From: Planctomycetota bacterium
GTDB taxonomy: Bacteria; Planctomycetota; UBA11346
Length of the DNA: 64,000 nt
Reading direction: 5' to 3'
Assembly: GCA_038231435.1 (NCBI GenBank)
Contig: JBBRLJ010000017.1
Location: forward strand, 32,001 to 96,000
The notes below the pieces were generated by a model. It did not search any database. It was not told the DNA's origin and saw only the letters and a program-made list of their open reading frames with translations. Below, in pieces: positions 39,618 through 49,422 of the stretch. Position 1 is the first letter of the stretch; every line of letters begins with the position of its first letter. The translations under genes were made by a program, and so were the position numbers.

Positions 39618-40130
39618 GTGGCCCAAGGTACCGTCGTGCGTTTCGATCGTCGTCGCGGCTATGGTTTCGTCGCTCCCGACGATGGCGGCGAGGATGTGTT
39701 CGTTCACCAGAACAACATCAGCATGGAGGGCTTCCGCTTCCTGCAGGTCGGCGAGCGCGTCACCTACGAACTCGAGGTAGGCGAGAAGGGCATGAAGGCG
39801 GTCTCGGTCGCCTTGGTCGAGCCGCGCGCCGCGCGCCCGCCGCACGAGGCCGGCCAGGACGGCGACGGCGCGGGACCAGACGGAGGCTTCGAGCATCGCG
39901 ACGCCATGGACGATGGCGAGTTCCGCGAACGCCGCGCCGCCGCGCCGCGCGTCGCGCGCGCTCCCAAACCGCAACGTGGCAGCGACGACGTCGCCTCCGC
40001 GGTGGACAAGCTGCGCCGCAAGCAGGAGCGACTGATCAATCTGCTGGTCGAGAAGGGCATCCTCTCGCCCGGCGACATCGACGGTGTCGACGGCGCCGCC
40101 GCGAAGGCCTTGGAGAGCGCCGAAGGCTGA
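39618..40130 (+). CDS. Cold-shock domain protein with C-terminal extension
   Basis: GTVVRFDRRRGYGFV (RNP1), DVFVH (RNP2), GFRFLQVGERV; GAGG SD before the GTG start. Confidence 0.93.
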   Translation: MAQGTVVRFDRRRGYGFVAPDDGGEDVFVHQNNISMEGFRFLQVGERVTYELEVGEKGMKAVSVALVEPRAARPPHEAGQDGDGAGPDGGFEHRDAMDDGEFRERRAAAPRVARAPKPQRGSDDVASAVDKLRRKQERLINLLVEKGILSPGDIDGVDGAAAKALESAEG

Positions 40131-40161
40131 GGAAGGCTCTCGCGGATGGAGGATTCGAGAC

Positions 40162-40196
40162 GAGCCCAGGGGAAGTCCCCCGGGCTCTTTTGTTTT
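40162..40196 (+). terminator. Intrinsic terminator after the csp gene
   Basis: gagcccagggga-ag-tcccccgggctc followed by TTTTGTTTT. Confidence 0.75.
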
Positions 40197-40404
40197 CGTC
40201 TCCATGGGAGGGAGACGCTGGAAGTCCGAAGTCGGAAGCTGGAAGGGCAGCGTGATGATCTGGCCGTCTCGTCGTCACTTCGCTCTTCGCTCTTCTCACT
40301 TCCCACTTCCCATGCTCACCATCCCAAGCCATACACCCGACGCATAGCCTCTCCCGCATCCTGGCCCCTTCCTTGACCAGGCCGCGCGGCCATCCTCCAA
40401 GGCC

Positions 40405-41853
40405 ATGGCCAGCCCAGACTTGACCCAGGTGGTGATCCTCGGCGCTTCGGGCGACCTGACCGCGCGCAAGCTGGTCCCGGCGCTGTACGCGGCGCACTGC
40501 GAGCACCTCTTCCCGGGCCGGTTGCAGCTGGTCGGCGTGGCGCGCCGTCCGTGGAATGACGAGTCGTTCCGGCAAGTCCTGACCGACAGCGCCCCGAAGT
40601 CGAAGACCTGCAGCTTCGACAGCTGGGAAGCGTTCCTCAAGCTCACCAGCTACGTCCAGACCCATCTCGAGACCGCGGCAGATTACGCGGCGCTCGGCGA
40701 GCGGCTCGAACAACTCGCGGGCGGTCCCGCCAACCGCGTGTTCTATCTGGCGGTCAAACCCGAGCTGTTCCTGCCCGCGGTCGAGAACCTGCGCGCCGCC
40801 GGACTGCTGTCGCAGAAGGATGGCCGCAAGTCGCGGGTGGTGGTCGAGAAGCCGTTCGGCACCGACCTGGCCAGCGCCAAGTTGCTGAATACCCGCCTGC
40901 TCGAACTGCTCGGCGAGGACCAGCTCTACCGCATCGATCACTATCTCGGCAAGGAGACGGTGCAGAACTTGCTGGTTTTTCGCTTCCGCAACGCCTTCTT
41001 CGAGCCGCTGTGGAACCAGAAGTACGTCGAGAATGTGCAGATCACCGTGGCCGAGAACATCGGCATGGAGGGCGGGCGCGGCGGTTACTACGACACCTCG
41101 GGCGCCATCCGCGACATCCTGCAGAACCACCTGCTGCAGCTCTTGTCACTGGTCGCCATGGAAGCGCCGTCGAATCTCACCCCCAAGGCCATCCGCGACG
41201 AGAAGGTCAAGGTTCTGCAGTGCCTGCGCCCGCCCAGCGAGGATCCCGATCCGCTGCGCACCATCGTGCGCGGCCAATACGAGGGCTTCCGCCAGGAGCC
41301 GGGTGTCGCCCCGGAATCGCAGACTGAGACGTTCATCGCCGCGCGCGCCTACATCGACAACTGGCGGTGGGGCGGCGTACCATTCCTGCTGCGCACCGGC
41401 AAGTGCCTTCCCGATCGCTTCACCTCGATCACCGTGCAGTTCCGCATGCCGCCGACGACGCTGTTCGGCTCGTACCAGGAGTGCCATCTGCGGCCGAACC
41501 GCATCACCCTGCGCATCCAGCCGAACGACGGCATCTCGATGGACTTCGACGTCAAGGAGCCCGGCCATGGCCTGCAGATCCGCCCGGCGAAATTGAACTT
41601 CGACTACCAGGACTACTTCCACAAGCCGAGCCCCGAAGCCTACCAGCGCCTGCTCCAGGACGTGGTGACCGGTGACCAATCGCTGTTCATCCGCTCGGAC
41701 GAGGTCGAGGAATCGTGGCGCTGGACCGACAGCCTGCGCGAAGCGATGAAGGCCACGCCGCTGCATACGTATGCGAAGAACACCTGGGGGCCGGCGGCGA
41801 CCAGCGACATGTTCGGCGAGTGCGAGGGCCGCTGGGCTGTTGGCTCGTCGTAG
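40405..41853 (+). CDS. zwf: Glucose-6-phosphate 1-dehydrogenase
   Basis: GASGDL, EKPFG.DL, RIDHYLGKE, QNHLLQ, PFLLRTGK. Confidence 0.98.
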   Translation: MASPDLTQVVILGASGDLTARKLVPALYAAHCEHLFPGRLQLVGVARRPWNDESFRQVLTDSAPKSKTCSFDSWEAFLKLTSYVQTHLETAADYAALGERLEQLAGGPANRVFYLAVKPELFLPAVENLRAAGLLSQKDGRKSRVVVEKPFGTDLASAKLLNTRLLELLGEDQLYRIDHYLGKETVQNLLVFRFRNAFFEPLWNQKYVENVQITVAENIGMEGGRGGYYDTSGAIRDILQNHLLQLLSLVAMEAPSNLTPKAIRDEKVKVLQCLRPPSEDPDPLRTIVRGQYEGFRQEPGVAPESQTETFIAARAYIDNWRWGGVPFLLRTGKCLPDRFTSITVQFRMPPTTLFGSYQECHLRPNRITLRIQPNDGISMDFDVKEPGHGLQIRPAKLNFDYQDYFHKPSPEAYQRLLQDVVTGDQSLFIRSDEVEESWRWTDSLREAMKATPLHTYAKNTWGPAATSDMFGECEGRWAVGSS

Positions 41854-42243
41854 GGGCGCTGCCCCTAACGGCGCTGCGCGCCTACCCCACGGGCTTTGTC
41901 GGGGTTCGAAGTCGCCGGATGGCTTCGCCATTGTATCCGCCGACCACCCCTCGGCGCCCGGTCGCTGCGCGACGGTTTTGATAGGGGCTCCGCCCCTACG
42001 GCCTTCGGCCTACCCGGTGGCAGTACTAGAATCGTTTTTTTTTCTCAGCTCCGTGGGGAAGGCCCGACAGAGCCGCAGGGGCGAAGCCCCTGTCAATCCG
42101 GAGCGACAGCGACCGGGCGCCGAGCAGCGGTCGGTGGATACAATGGGCGTAGCCCATCCGCCGATTTTTTCGCCGTTACGGCGAAAAAAAGTTGCGACAA
42201 AGGCCGTGGGGTAGGCCGAAGGCCGTAGGGGCGGAGCCCCTGA
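41850..42243. repeat. Family A repeat cluster (reverse copies plus a forward copy) between convergent genes
   Basis: Reverse blocks cctaccccacgggctttgtcg, ttgtatccgccgacc and aggggctccgcccctacggcc; forward copy at about 42070-42243. Confidence 0.88.
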
Positions 42244-42244
42244 C

Positions 42245-43393
42245 TCAATGCGCGGCTGGGGCCGTGGGTTGTTTTGTATCGGGCTCGGACGGGGCGGCGT
42301 CTTGGGCGGCGGGTTCGTCGACTGGCGCGGCGGCGGGGGCGGAGTTCTTCGCGAGGGTGGCGCCGCGGGTGTTGACGTCGAGGGCGACGAGGGTCGCTGG
42401 TAGCACCACGACCGCTTCGTCACCGGGGGAGAACCACAGCTTGGCTTGGACGGTGATGGTGCCGCGCGACGCGCCCTTGGGGACGAGCAGCTGAGCGTAC
42501 CAGTCGGTCTTGCCGGGGATCTGCTTCTGGCTCGCCTTGATGCTCCAATAGGCGTTGAGGTACGGGACGTCGGCGACCAGCGCGGCGAGCATCTGGTCGC
42601 CGAGGAAATAATATTCCTCGACGCCGTCGGGCATCGGGTTCGGGCCGTGGCGGAGTCCGTTGTAGCCGAGATCCTTGATCGGCTTGATCGCCCAGTCGCT
42701 GCTGGTGCGGGCGTACGACGACTTGGGCTGGCGCGGCGCCACCATGCCGGGGGACGCGGGCTGCGCGCTCGCGACGGTGTCGCCGAGCGTGACGGTGACG
42801 TCGATGCGCGTGAGCGGCTTGTCGAAGCCGGCGTTGGCGCGGTACTCGATGGGGATCTTCAGCAGGTACACCTCGTGGGTGTCGGCGTAGATGTGCGAGA
42901 TCCTGGGTTCAGCGGCCGCGCCGCGCGCCGCGCGGCCGTTCATCTCGACGCGTCCGGGATGCAGCGTGGCGGGCAGCACCAGCTCGCCGGCGTCGACCGC
43001 ATGCCACGAGCTCGCGGTAGCCGGAGCGCCATGCGTGGCGGTCTTGTGCGCTGCGGCTTTCGGCGCTGACGGCTGCGGTGTCTTCGCCGGCGACGAGCCG
43101 TCGGCCGCGTTCGCGATATCGGCCGAGGACACCGACCAGAAGCCCTCGGGGATATCGTCGAGCTCGATCACCACTGGCACCGAGAACGTCTGCGCGTCGG
43201 CGCTGGGCTCTTCCACCGAGATGGTGGTGACGGGCGATTTCACGACCAGTGGCGGCGCCTGGGTGGCGCCCTGGTGCTCGGGCTGATCGACGATCTGGCG
43301 ATCCTGGCGGTGGCCGCAGCCGACTCCGCCGCACGCGAGCGCGGTCATGGCGGCGACCATCAGGAACGGGCTGACGCGACGGTGCTGGGTCAT
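42245..43393 (-). CDS. Hypothetical lipoprotein
   Basis: Signal peptide with Cys (ALACGGVGC), high-GC3 codon usage, GGAGG-like context not evident; no family recognised. Confidence 0.7.
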   Translation of the reverse strand: MTQHRRVSPFLMVAAMTALACGGVGCGHRQDRQIVDQPEHQGATQAPPLVVKSPVTTISVEEPSADAQTFSVPVVIELDDIPEGFWSVSSADIANAADGSSPAKTPQPSAPKAAAHKTATHGAPATASSWHAVDAGELVLPATLHPGRVEMNGRAARGAAAEPRISHIYADTHEVYLLKIPIEYRANAGFDKPLTRIDVTVTLGDTVASAQPASPGMVAPRQPKSSYARTSSDWAIKPIKDLGYNGLRHGPNPMPDGVEEYYFLGDQMLAALVADVPYLNAYWSIKASQKQIPGKTDWYAQLLVPKGASRGTITVQAKLWFSPGDEAVVVLPATLVALDVNTRGATLAKNSAPAAAPVDEPAAQDAAPSEPDTKQPTAPAAH

Positions 43394-43651
43394 GGGCTAT
43401 CCTGAGGAGGGAGGCCTGCGCGCCGCGCGCATGCGCGGCGAAGTCGGTCATAAGCCCCCGCCGCGCAGCGCTCCAGGGAAAAAACAGCGGCTCGCGGCGG
43501 GTGAGGCAGGGGGTCCGGGTGGGGAGATGGAGATGGAGAAGCTGGAAGGGGGAAGTTTGAAGACGGAAGCATCGTACTGGCCAAAGCGTCACGCACGAGG
43601 GTCCGCCGTCGGCTTCCCTCATTCCTCTCACCTCTCCCCTGATCTCCTTCC

Positions 43652-44926
43652 TTAGGGCTTCTTCTTCTCCCGGTACAGCTCCCGATGCGTCTCGCGCAGC
43701 AGCGCCTTGACGTCGATGCCAGGGGGCGCCTTGCTGGCGTCGACCAGGTCGATGGCGGCGTCGGTCGCGAAGGCGCCTGGGAACCAGTGGCCCTTCTGCT
43801 CGAGCATGTTGTAGCGGTAGACGCCGAAATCCTTCATGTCGTAGCACTTCCACATGCGGCGGAAGCGCAGCACCTCGGGGATGTTGATGCCCGAGGGGTC
43901 GCCCAGCATCTCGTGCCCGTCCCACGCGCTCGCCGGGTCCACCGATACGCGCGCGTCCAGGGCCTTCTCGATGGCCAGATCCCGCGCGGCGAGCGGGATC
44001 GACACCGGGAATACGCCTTTCATCTCGTTGATGTGCCCCGGCTCGGTCATGCCGAAGCTCAGGGTCTGCACCTGGGGTGAGCGCAGGCACCAGCGCGCGT
44101 TCCATTGGATCGGCGTCAGCGGCGCGGTCATGCTCGTGAGCAGTGGCGAAGGATTGAACAGCTGGCCGCCCTTGTCGTTGGGCGAGATGATGAAGACGCC
44201 GATGTCCTTGGCGTGCGCGTACGCGACCGCGCCGGCATTCCGCTGGAAGAAGTAGTAGTAGTGCAGGTTCACGAACGAAAAGAGTCCGGTGGCGAGCGCC
44301 TCGACGATCACCTCGAGCGGCCCGTGGGTGCTGAAGCCGACGTCGCCGATGATGCCTTCGTCGCGCATCTTCAGCAGTTCCTCGACCGCGCCGCCCTTGG
44401 CGGTGATGGTGTTCAGGATCTCGCGCGTATTGATGCCGTGCCAGCCGTAGAGATCGATGTGGTCGGTGCGCAGGCCCTTGAGCTGCTCCTCGACCGACTT
44501 CCGCGCATCGACGGCCGTCATCGGCCCACCTTTGGTCATCAGGTTGTAGCTGTTCCGCGGCACGCGCAGCTCGCTCTCGAGCACCTGGCCGTAGCAGTAC
44601 TCGCTCTTGCCGTAACCATGCGCGGTTTCGATGTGGTTGACGCCGGCATCGAGCGCGAGCCGCGTGATGTCGCGGCATTGCTCGATCATGGTACCGGGCG
44701 GCTGCTCGCGGGCGCCGCCCCAGCTGTCCTTGTAGCGCATGCCGCCGAGCGTGATCGTCGACAGCCACTTCCCGGTGCGGCCGAAGCGGCGGTACTGCAT
44801 CGGCTCGCGCTGGTTGCGGATCACCGGTGCGGCAGAGGCGCCTGGCCGCGACGCCGATGGAGATGCGGCTGGAGCGCCCCCTGGAGATCCGCCCGCTGAT
44901 CCGGCTGCTGATGGTGACGTGCTCAT
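43652..44926 (-). CDS. Aldo/keto reductase family protein
   Basis: MQYRRFGRTG, GVNHIETAHGYG.SE, DHIDL..HGIN, VGFSTHG, SPNDKGG; true start may be the internal MQYRR. Confidence 0.92.
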   Translation of the reverse strand: MSTSPSAAGSAGGSPGGAPAASPSASRPGASAAPVIRNQREPMQYRRFGRTGKWLSTITLGGMRYKDSWGGAREQPPGTMIEQCRDITRLALDAGVNHIETAHGYGKSEYCYGQVLESELRVPRNSYNLMTKGGPMTAVDARKSVEEQLKGLRTDHIDLYGWHGINTREILNTITAKGGAVEELLKMRDEGIIGDVGFSTHGPLEVIVEALATGLFSFVNLHYYYFFQRNAGAVAYAHAKDIGVFIISPNDKGGQLFNPSPLLTSMTAPLTPIQWNARWCLRSPQVQTLSFGMTEPGHINEMKGVFPVSIPLAARDLAIEKALDARVSVDPASAWDGHEMLGDPSGINIPEVLRFRRMWKCYDMKDFGVYRYNMLEQKGHWFPGAFATDAAIDLVDASKAPPGIDVKALLRETHRELYREKKKP

Positions 44927-46308
44927 GGCTGGTCCTCGCTGGATGCTGGTGGCGCGGGTTCGTTCAAGGCTTGAGGCTTCGCGTTGGTGACTCTCGCCGC
45001 GAGCCAGCCGTCGCCGACGCGCGCTTCGATCGCCGTTCCGGGCGGCGCCTGGGCGATGCGCCGCACCAGCGTGCCGTCGGTGGTGCGCACCACGCTGTAG
45101 CCGCGGGCGATCACCGCCAGCGGCGACAGCGCGTCGAGATGCGCCGCGGCGCTGGCGAGACGCTTGCGCCCGGTTTCGAGGGCGCGCTCCATGCCCTGGG
45201 CGAGCGCGCGCTCATGCTTGCGCCAGCGCTCGGCGTGCAGCGCGAGCACGCGCAGCGGCTTGGCCACGCGCAGGCGCAGGCGCAGGGCGTCGAGATCCTG
45301 CGCGCGCGTCGCCTGGACGTGGTCGATGGCCTCGCCGAGCCGCGCCGACAACTCGTCGAGGCGCTGGCGGCGCATCGCCACCTGGTGCCGTGGGCCGACC
45401 AGCGCGCGGTGGATGACCAACGCCTCGAGCCGCTGCCTGAGTCCGCCCATGACCACGTCGATGGACTGGTCGAGCTGCTTGCGCATGCCGGCGATGCCGT
45501 CGCGCAGGTCGCGCTCGACCGGAACCACCATCTCGCCCGCCGCGGTGGGGGTCTTGGCACGCACATCGGCAGCGAAATCCGCGAGCGTGGTGTCGGTCTC
45601 GTGGCCCACGGCGCTGACGATCGGCGTCGCGCACGCGGCGATCGCGCGCACCACCGCCTCCTCGTTGAACGCCCACAGATCCTCGATGCTGCCGCCGCCG
45701 CGCCCGACCACGATCACCTCGACATCGGGATGCGCGTCGAGCGCGCGCAGCGCGCGCACCACCGAACCCGCGGCCGCCAGACCCTGCACCAGGCATGGGG
45801 CGTGCACGATGTGCATGCCGGGGAAGCGCGCGCGGATCGAATGGACCATGTCCGCGAGCGCGGCGCTGCCGGCCGCGGTCGCCAGTCCCACCGCGCGCGG
45901 GAGCATGGGCAGCGGCAGCTTGCGCTCCTCGTCGAACAGGCCCTCGGCGGCGAGTGCCGCCTTCAGGCGCTCGAAGCGAGCGGCGAGGTCGCCCGCGCCG
46001 ACCGGGGTCACCCGCGATGCCAGCAGCTGGTACTGCCCGCGCGGTCCGTACACCGACAGGTTGCCGCGCACCAGCACCTGCTCGCCCTCGCGCGGCATCG
46101 GGCCGTTGCGCACCACCTGCGACCGCCACATCACCAGCGAGATGATCGCCTCGCCGTCCTTCAGCGTCGCGTAGAAATGCCCGCTCGGGTAGACCTTTGC
46201 CTGCGAGAGCTCGCCCTGCACCGACAGCGGGCCGAAGCCCTCGAGCGAGGTCGCGATGCGCTGGGTCAGCGCGCCGACCGTCCATGGCTGTTCGAGCGGC
46301 TTGGCCAC
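44923..46308 (-). CDS. xseA: Exodeoxyribonuclease VII large subunit
   Basis: VQGELS..SGHFY.TLKD, RGGGSIEDLWAFNEE, SAVGHETD, LSPLAVIARGYS. Confidence 0.96.
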   Translation of the reverse strand: MAKPLEQPWTVGALTQRIATSLEGFGPLSVQGELSQAKVYPSGHFYATLKDGEAIISLVMWRSQVVRNGPMPREGEQVLVRGNLSVYGPRGQYQLLASRVTPVGAGDLAARFERLKAALAAEGLFDEERKLPLPMLPRAVGLATAAGSAALADMVHSIRARFPGMHIVHAPCLVQGLAAAGSVVRALRALDAHPDVEVIVVGRGGGSIEDLWAFNEEAVVRAIAACATPIVSAVGHETDTTLADFAADVRAKTPTAAGEMVVPVERDLRDGIAGMRKQLDQSIDVVMGGLRQRLEALVIHRALVGPRHQVAMRRQRLDELSARLGEAIDHVQATRAQDLDALRLRLRVAKPLRVLALHAERWRKHERALAQGMERALETGRKRLASAAAHLDALSPLAVIARGYSVVRTTDGTLVRRIAQAPPGTAIEARVGDGWLAARVTNAKPQALNEPAPPASSEDQP

Positions 46309-46482
46309 CCGCGCAGCCTATGCGGCGCGGATCCTCGGCCAGGGATGAGCTTCTCGGGGGTTCTTGGCGCTCGTAAGCGCTCGTCTCTGAATGTCCCCAC
46401 CGAAACGTCCATCTCGGCACCACCCGATGTCCATGGCCTGTTCCCACGGCTGATAGGATCGCCGAAAACCCTGGAGAACGCC

Positions 46483-47280
46483 ATGATCGAACCGCTCTTC
46501 GTTTCCGCCGCTCCCACCGCCCCCGCCGCTTCCAACGCCCCCGTCGCTCCGGCGGCGGGAGTCGAAGGTGCGCTCGATGCGCTCGAACGGGATGGATTCC
46601 TGCTGATTCCCGCCGCGTTGTCGCGCGAGGAGACCACGCTGGTGCGGACACGGCTCGACCATGCGCGCGCGCAAGGTTGGGAAGAGGGTTTGAACTCGGT
46701 GGGCAACATGTGGTTCGATACGCTGCTCGATCGCGAGCCCGAGACTTTCGCGCGGTTGGTCGGGCATGCGGCGGTGAAGCCCCTGCTCGATGGCCTCTAT
46801 GGTCGCCAGTGCCAGCTGCGCAGCCTGCGCGGCCACATCAATCCAGGACCGTACGTGCAGGAATGGCATCTCGATTTCTACGGCTATTGGCAGGAGCGGC
46901 GCGCGCTCGCGGGGCGGCGGATGGCGACCGCGCCGGTGGGCGTCAACACCACCTTCTACCTGCAGGACAACCTGCCGGGCAGCGGCCGCCTCACCTTCCT
47001 GCCGGGCACGCATCTGCGCGAGCCCCCGCACCTGTACCCGCACGATTTTGCGGCCTTCCAGGTATGGGCCGAACGGCAGCCGCGGGTCGAGCTGCATCCG
47101 CGCGCGGGCGACTGCGTGCTCTTCCTGAGCCACATGGTGCACCGCGGCGCCAAGGACGACGATGCGATGGAGCGCTCGAACATCGTCTGTCATTACCAGG
47201 CGTGCGCGATGCACGAGGCGGTTTGGCACGTGACCAGTCCGCGTGGTTTCGCCGGAACGTTTCCATTCGCCCGCGATTGA
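46483..47280 (+). CDS. Phytanoyl-CoA dioxygenase (PhyH)-family Fe(II)/2OG oxygenase
   Basis: ERDGFLLIP, QEWHLD (HxD), LPGTH, AGDCVLF...HRG; GGAG SD upstream. Confidence 0.88.
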   Translation: MIEPLFVSAAPTAPAASNAPVAPAAGVEGALDALERDGFLLIPAALSREETTLVRTRLDHARAQGWEEGLNSVGNMWFDTLLDREPETFARLVGHAAVKPLLDGLYGRQCQLRSLRGHINPGPYVQEWHLDFYGYWQERRALAGRRMATAPVGVNTTFYLQDNLPGSGRLTFLPGTHLREPPHLYPHDFAAFQVWAERQPRVELHPRAGDCVLFLSHMVHRGAKDDDAMERSNIVCHYQACAMHEAVWHVTSPRGFAGTFPFARD

Positions 47281-47351
47281 TGAGGGTCGCGCGCCCATCG
47301 CGCGCGCCCCGATCCTGCTTGGCAGGGGGATCAGCGGCAGAGCATGACGGC

Positions 47352-48317
47352 ATGCCGGCGCGCCTTTCGCACATTCACATCCCTGTCGAACGCATCGAGC
47401 TTCCGCCCGAGCCGCTCTCGCCGTGGCTGCGGCTCGCCCATCGTACCCGCGTCGGCCCCGAGGGGGATGGCCGTGGCGTGCTGCGCTCGAGCGACGACTT
47501 CATGCTCATGCTCCAGCTCGAGGGCACGGCGTACATCTGGTGGCATGGGCTCGGCGGCAGCGTGGCGTTGCCGAGCGGATCGGTCGCGTTCGTGCCCAAG
47601 GACCGGCTCCACGCCTGGGGGGTCTGCCCTGGCCTGCACATCGCCGTGCATTTCGATCTGCACGCGGATCCCTCGATCGAGCCCCTAGCGATGCTCCATC
47701 ATCGCGACGAGCGCGTCGGACCGAAGCCGCTGGCGGCGATGCCGGTGTTCGAGCTCACGGCGTCGGGGCGGCCAGACCGCCTGCTCATCCCGCTGGTGAC
47801 GCCCCTGCGCCGGCCGGGCGCGTGGCTCGAGCGCATCGAACCGCTGGTCGCGATGTATGGCTCGCGCAGCCATCGCGGCATCGATGCGCGCCTGCGCGCG
47901 GCCGAGATCCTCTCGTGGGCGGTGCGTTCGCTCGACGTTGGTGCGCGCGGTGCGACCAGTGCCGCGGTGGATCCCGATCCGCGCATCCTCCGCCTGCTCG
48001 CCGAGCTCGATGCCGAGCCCGCGCGTCCATGGTCGGTATCCACGCTGGCGCGTCGCGTCGGCATGGGCGAGACCGCCTTCCGCCACGCCTTCGCCCGCGT
48101 CGCCGGCGCCAATCCCAAGGCGCATCTGGAGGCGGTGCGGATGGAGCGCGCCGCGCATCTGCTCTTGGATACGGACAGCCCGATCGCGGCGATCGCGCGC
48201 GCGGTCGGCTACGACGACCCGTACCATTTCAGCCGCGTGTTCAAGCGCGTGAACGGCCGTTCGCCGAGCGCGCTGCGGGGAAGGAGGGGAGAGGAAAGCC
48301 TAGAGCCTAGAGCCTAA
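47352..48317 (+). CDS. AraC-family transcriptional regulator
   Basis: Cupin-like N-terminus; WSVSTLARRVGM..F...F; VGYDDPYHFSRVFKRVNGRSPS. Confidence 0.92.
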   Translation: MPARLSHIHIPVERIELPPEPLSPWLRLAHRTRVGPEGDGRGVLRSSDDFMLMLQLEGTAYIWWHGLGGSVALPSGSVAFVPKDRLHAWGVCPGLHIAVHFDLHADPSIEPLAMLHHRDERVGPKPLAAMPVFELTASGRPDRLLIPLVTPLRRPGAWLERIEPLVAMYGSRSHRGIDARLRAAEILSWAVRSLDVGARGATSAAVDPDPRILRLLAELDAEPARPWSVSTLARRVGMGETAFRHAFARVAGANPKAHLEAVRMERAAHLLLDTDSPIAAIARAVGYDDPYHFSRVFKRVNGRSPSALRGRRGEESLEPRA

Positions 48318-49322
48318 AGCTGAGAGCTGAGAACTCTGAGCGGCCTCGCCATCAGCCCTGCCCGTTTCTTCCCGGGGGGCAGGCCGGAGGCCGATGTTGG
48401 GGGGCCGCAGCCCCCCAACCGACAGCTCTTTCAATTCTGCGCGCCGATCCGAGGGGATCCTCGCGGCGAGCGCGGGCCAGTGGCCGCGGGGTGTGCGCAC
48501 AGGGCCGGTGAACTCGAGACCGTCCGCGACCTCGCGGATGGCTGGTCCGAAGGCGGCGTCGAGTCCCAGCGCGGCGCGATCGCGCGCCATCTGCGCGACC
48601 TGCGCGCGCTTGGCCTCGCCCCAGGCGGGCTTGCCCCACGGCGCGTAGCCGCATTCGTCGAAGGCCTGCTGAGCGATGTAGTGGATATAGAAGGTTCGGC
48701 GCATGCGGTTCGACGGATTCTCCATCGAGCCGTGCGGCGTCGACAGGCAGTGGAAGAGCACATCGCCCGGCTTCATGCGCACCGGCACCGCGCCACAGCG
48801 GGCGAACAGCTCCTCCTGCGACTTGTCCTCCAGCTTCACGTGGCCGACCAGATGGTGGCCGGGGATCGCCCACACGCAGCCGTTCCCTTCGTCGGATTCG
48901 TCGAGGTAGATGTCGGTGGTGAAGTTGGGGACAGCGCCGCTGGAGAGACGGGCGGGATCGCCGTAGGGTGGATCCTGGTGCCACGTCACCGGCCGGCCGC
49001 CCGGGATCTTCACCACCAACGAATCGTTCCACGGGAAGAACGCCTGGCCGACGCACTGGCCGATGTTCTCGAGCAGTTCGGGATTCACCGCCACGGCGCG
49101 GAAGATCGCATGGCGGTTCCACAGGTCCTCGGATCGCCAATAGACCTCGCCGCCGTCCTCGAGCTGGTGGTAGAGGTGCTTGTTGCCGTCCTTGGCCACT
49201 CCCTGGGCGACCACCGCGGCCGACTCCTCGCGCAGCTGGGCGAGCTCGCGCCCACGGACCACGCCGGGCATGACCAGGAAGCCCTGGGAGTGGAAGGAAT
49301 CGATCTGCTGCTGGCTGAGCAT
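48300..49322 (-). CDS. PhyH-family Fe(II)/2OG oxygenase
   Basis: FHSQGFLV, WHQD, GNGCVWAIPGHH, KPGDVLFH...HGS; 3' end runs through a family B repeat. Confidence 0.9.
   Translation of the reverse strand: MLSQQQIDSFHSQGFLVMPGVVRGRELAQLREESAAVVAQGVAKDGNKHLYHQLEDGGEVYWRSEDLWNRHAIFRAVAVNPELLENIGQCVGQAFFPWNDSLVVKIPGGRPVTWHQDPPYGDPARLSSGAVPNFTTDIYLDESDEGNGCVWAIPGHHLVGHVKLEDKSQEELFARCGAVPVRMKPGDVLFHCLSTPHGSMENPSNRMRRTFYIHYIAQQAFDECGYAPWGKPAWGEAKRAQVAQMARDRAALGLDAAFGPAIREVADGLEFTGPVRTPRGHWPALAARIPSDRRAELKELSVGGLRPPNIGLRPAPREETGRADGEAAQSSQLSALGSRL
48374..48419 (-). repeat. Family B repeat inside a CDS 3' end
   Basis: Reverse complement of 2338-2383 with one loop change (tgcg vs tacg). Confidence 0.85.
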
Positions 49323-49422
49323 GGCTGCGGTCTCCGTATGGATGACATTAGCGTGATAACGGGAAGAACCTCTCGCAAGAATGCTAAAAACTCTTGTATC
49401 CTAAGATATCATCTGGTCGAAT

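Noticed and set aside
44827..46482. 817-aa ORF suggesting a large PhyH fusion
   Set aside because: The first ~550 codons are the antisense shadow of xseA; the PhyH gene starts at 46483 after a GGAG SD.
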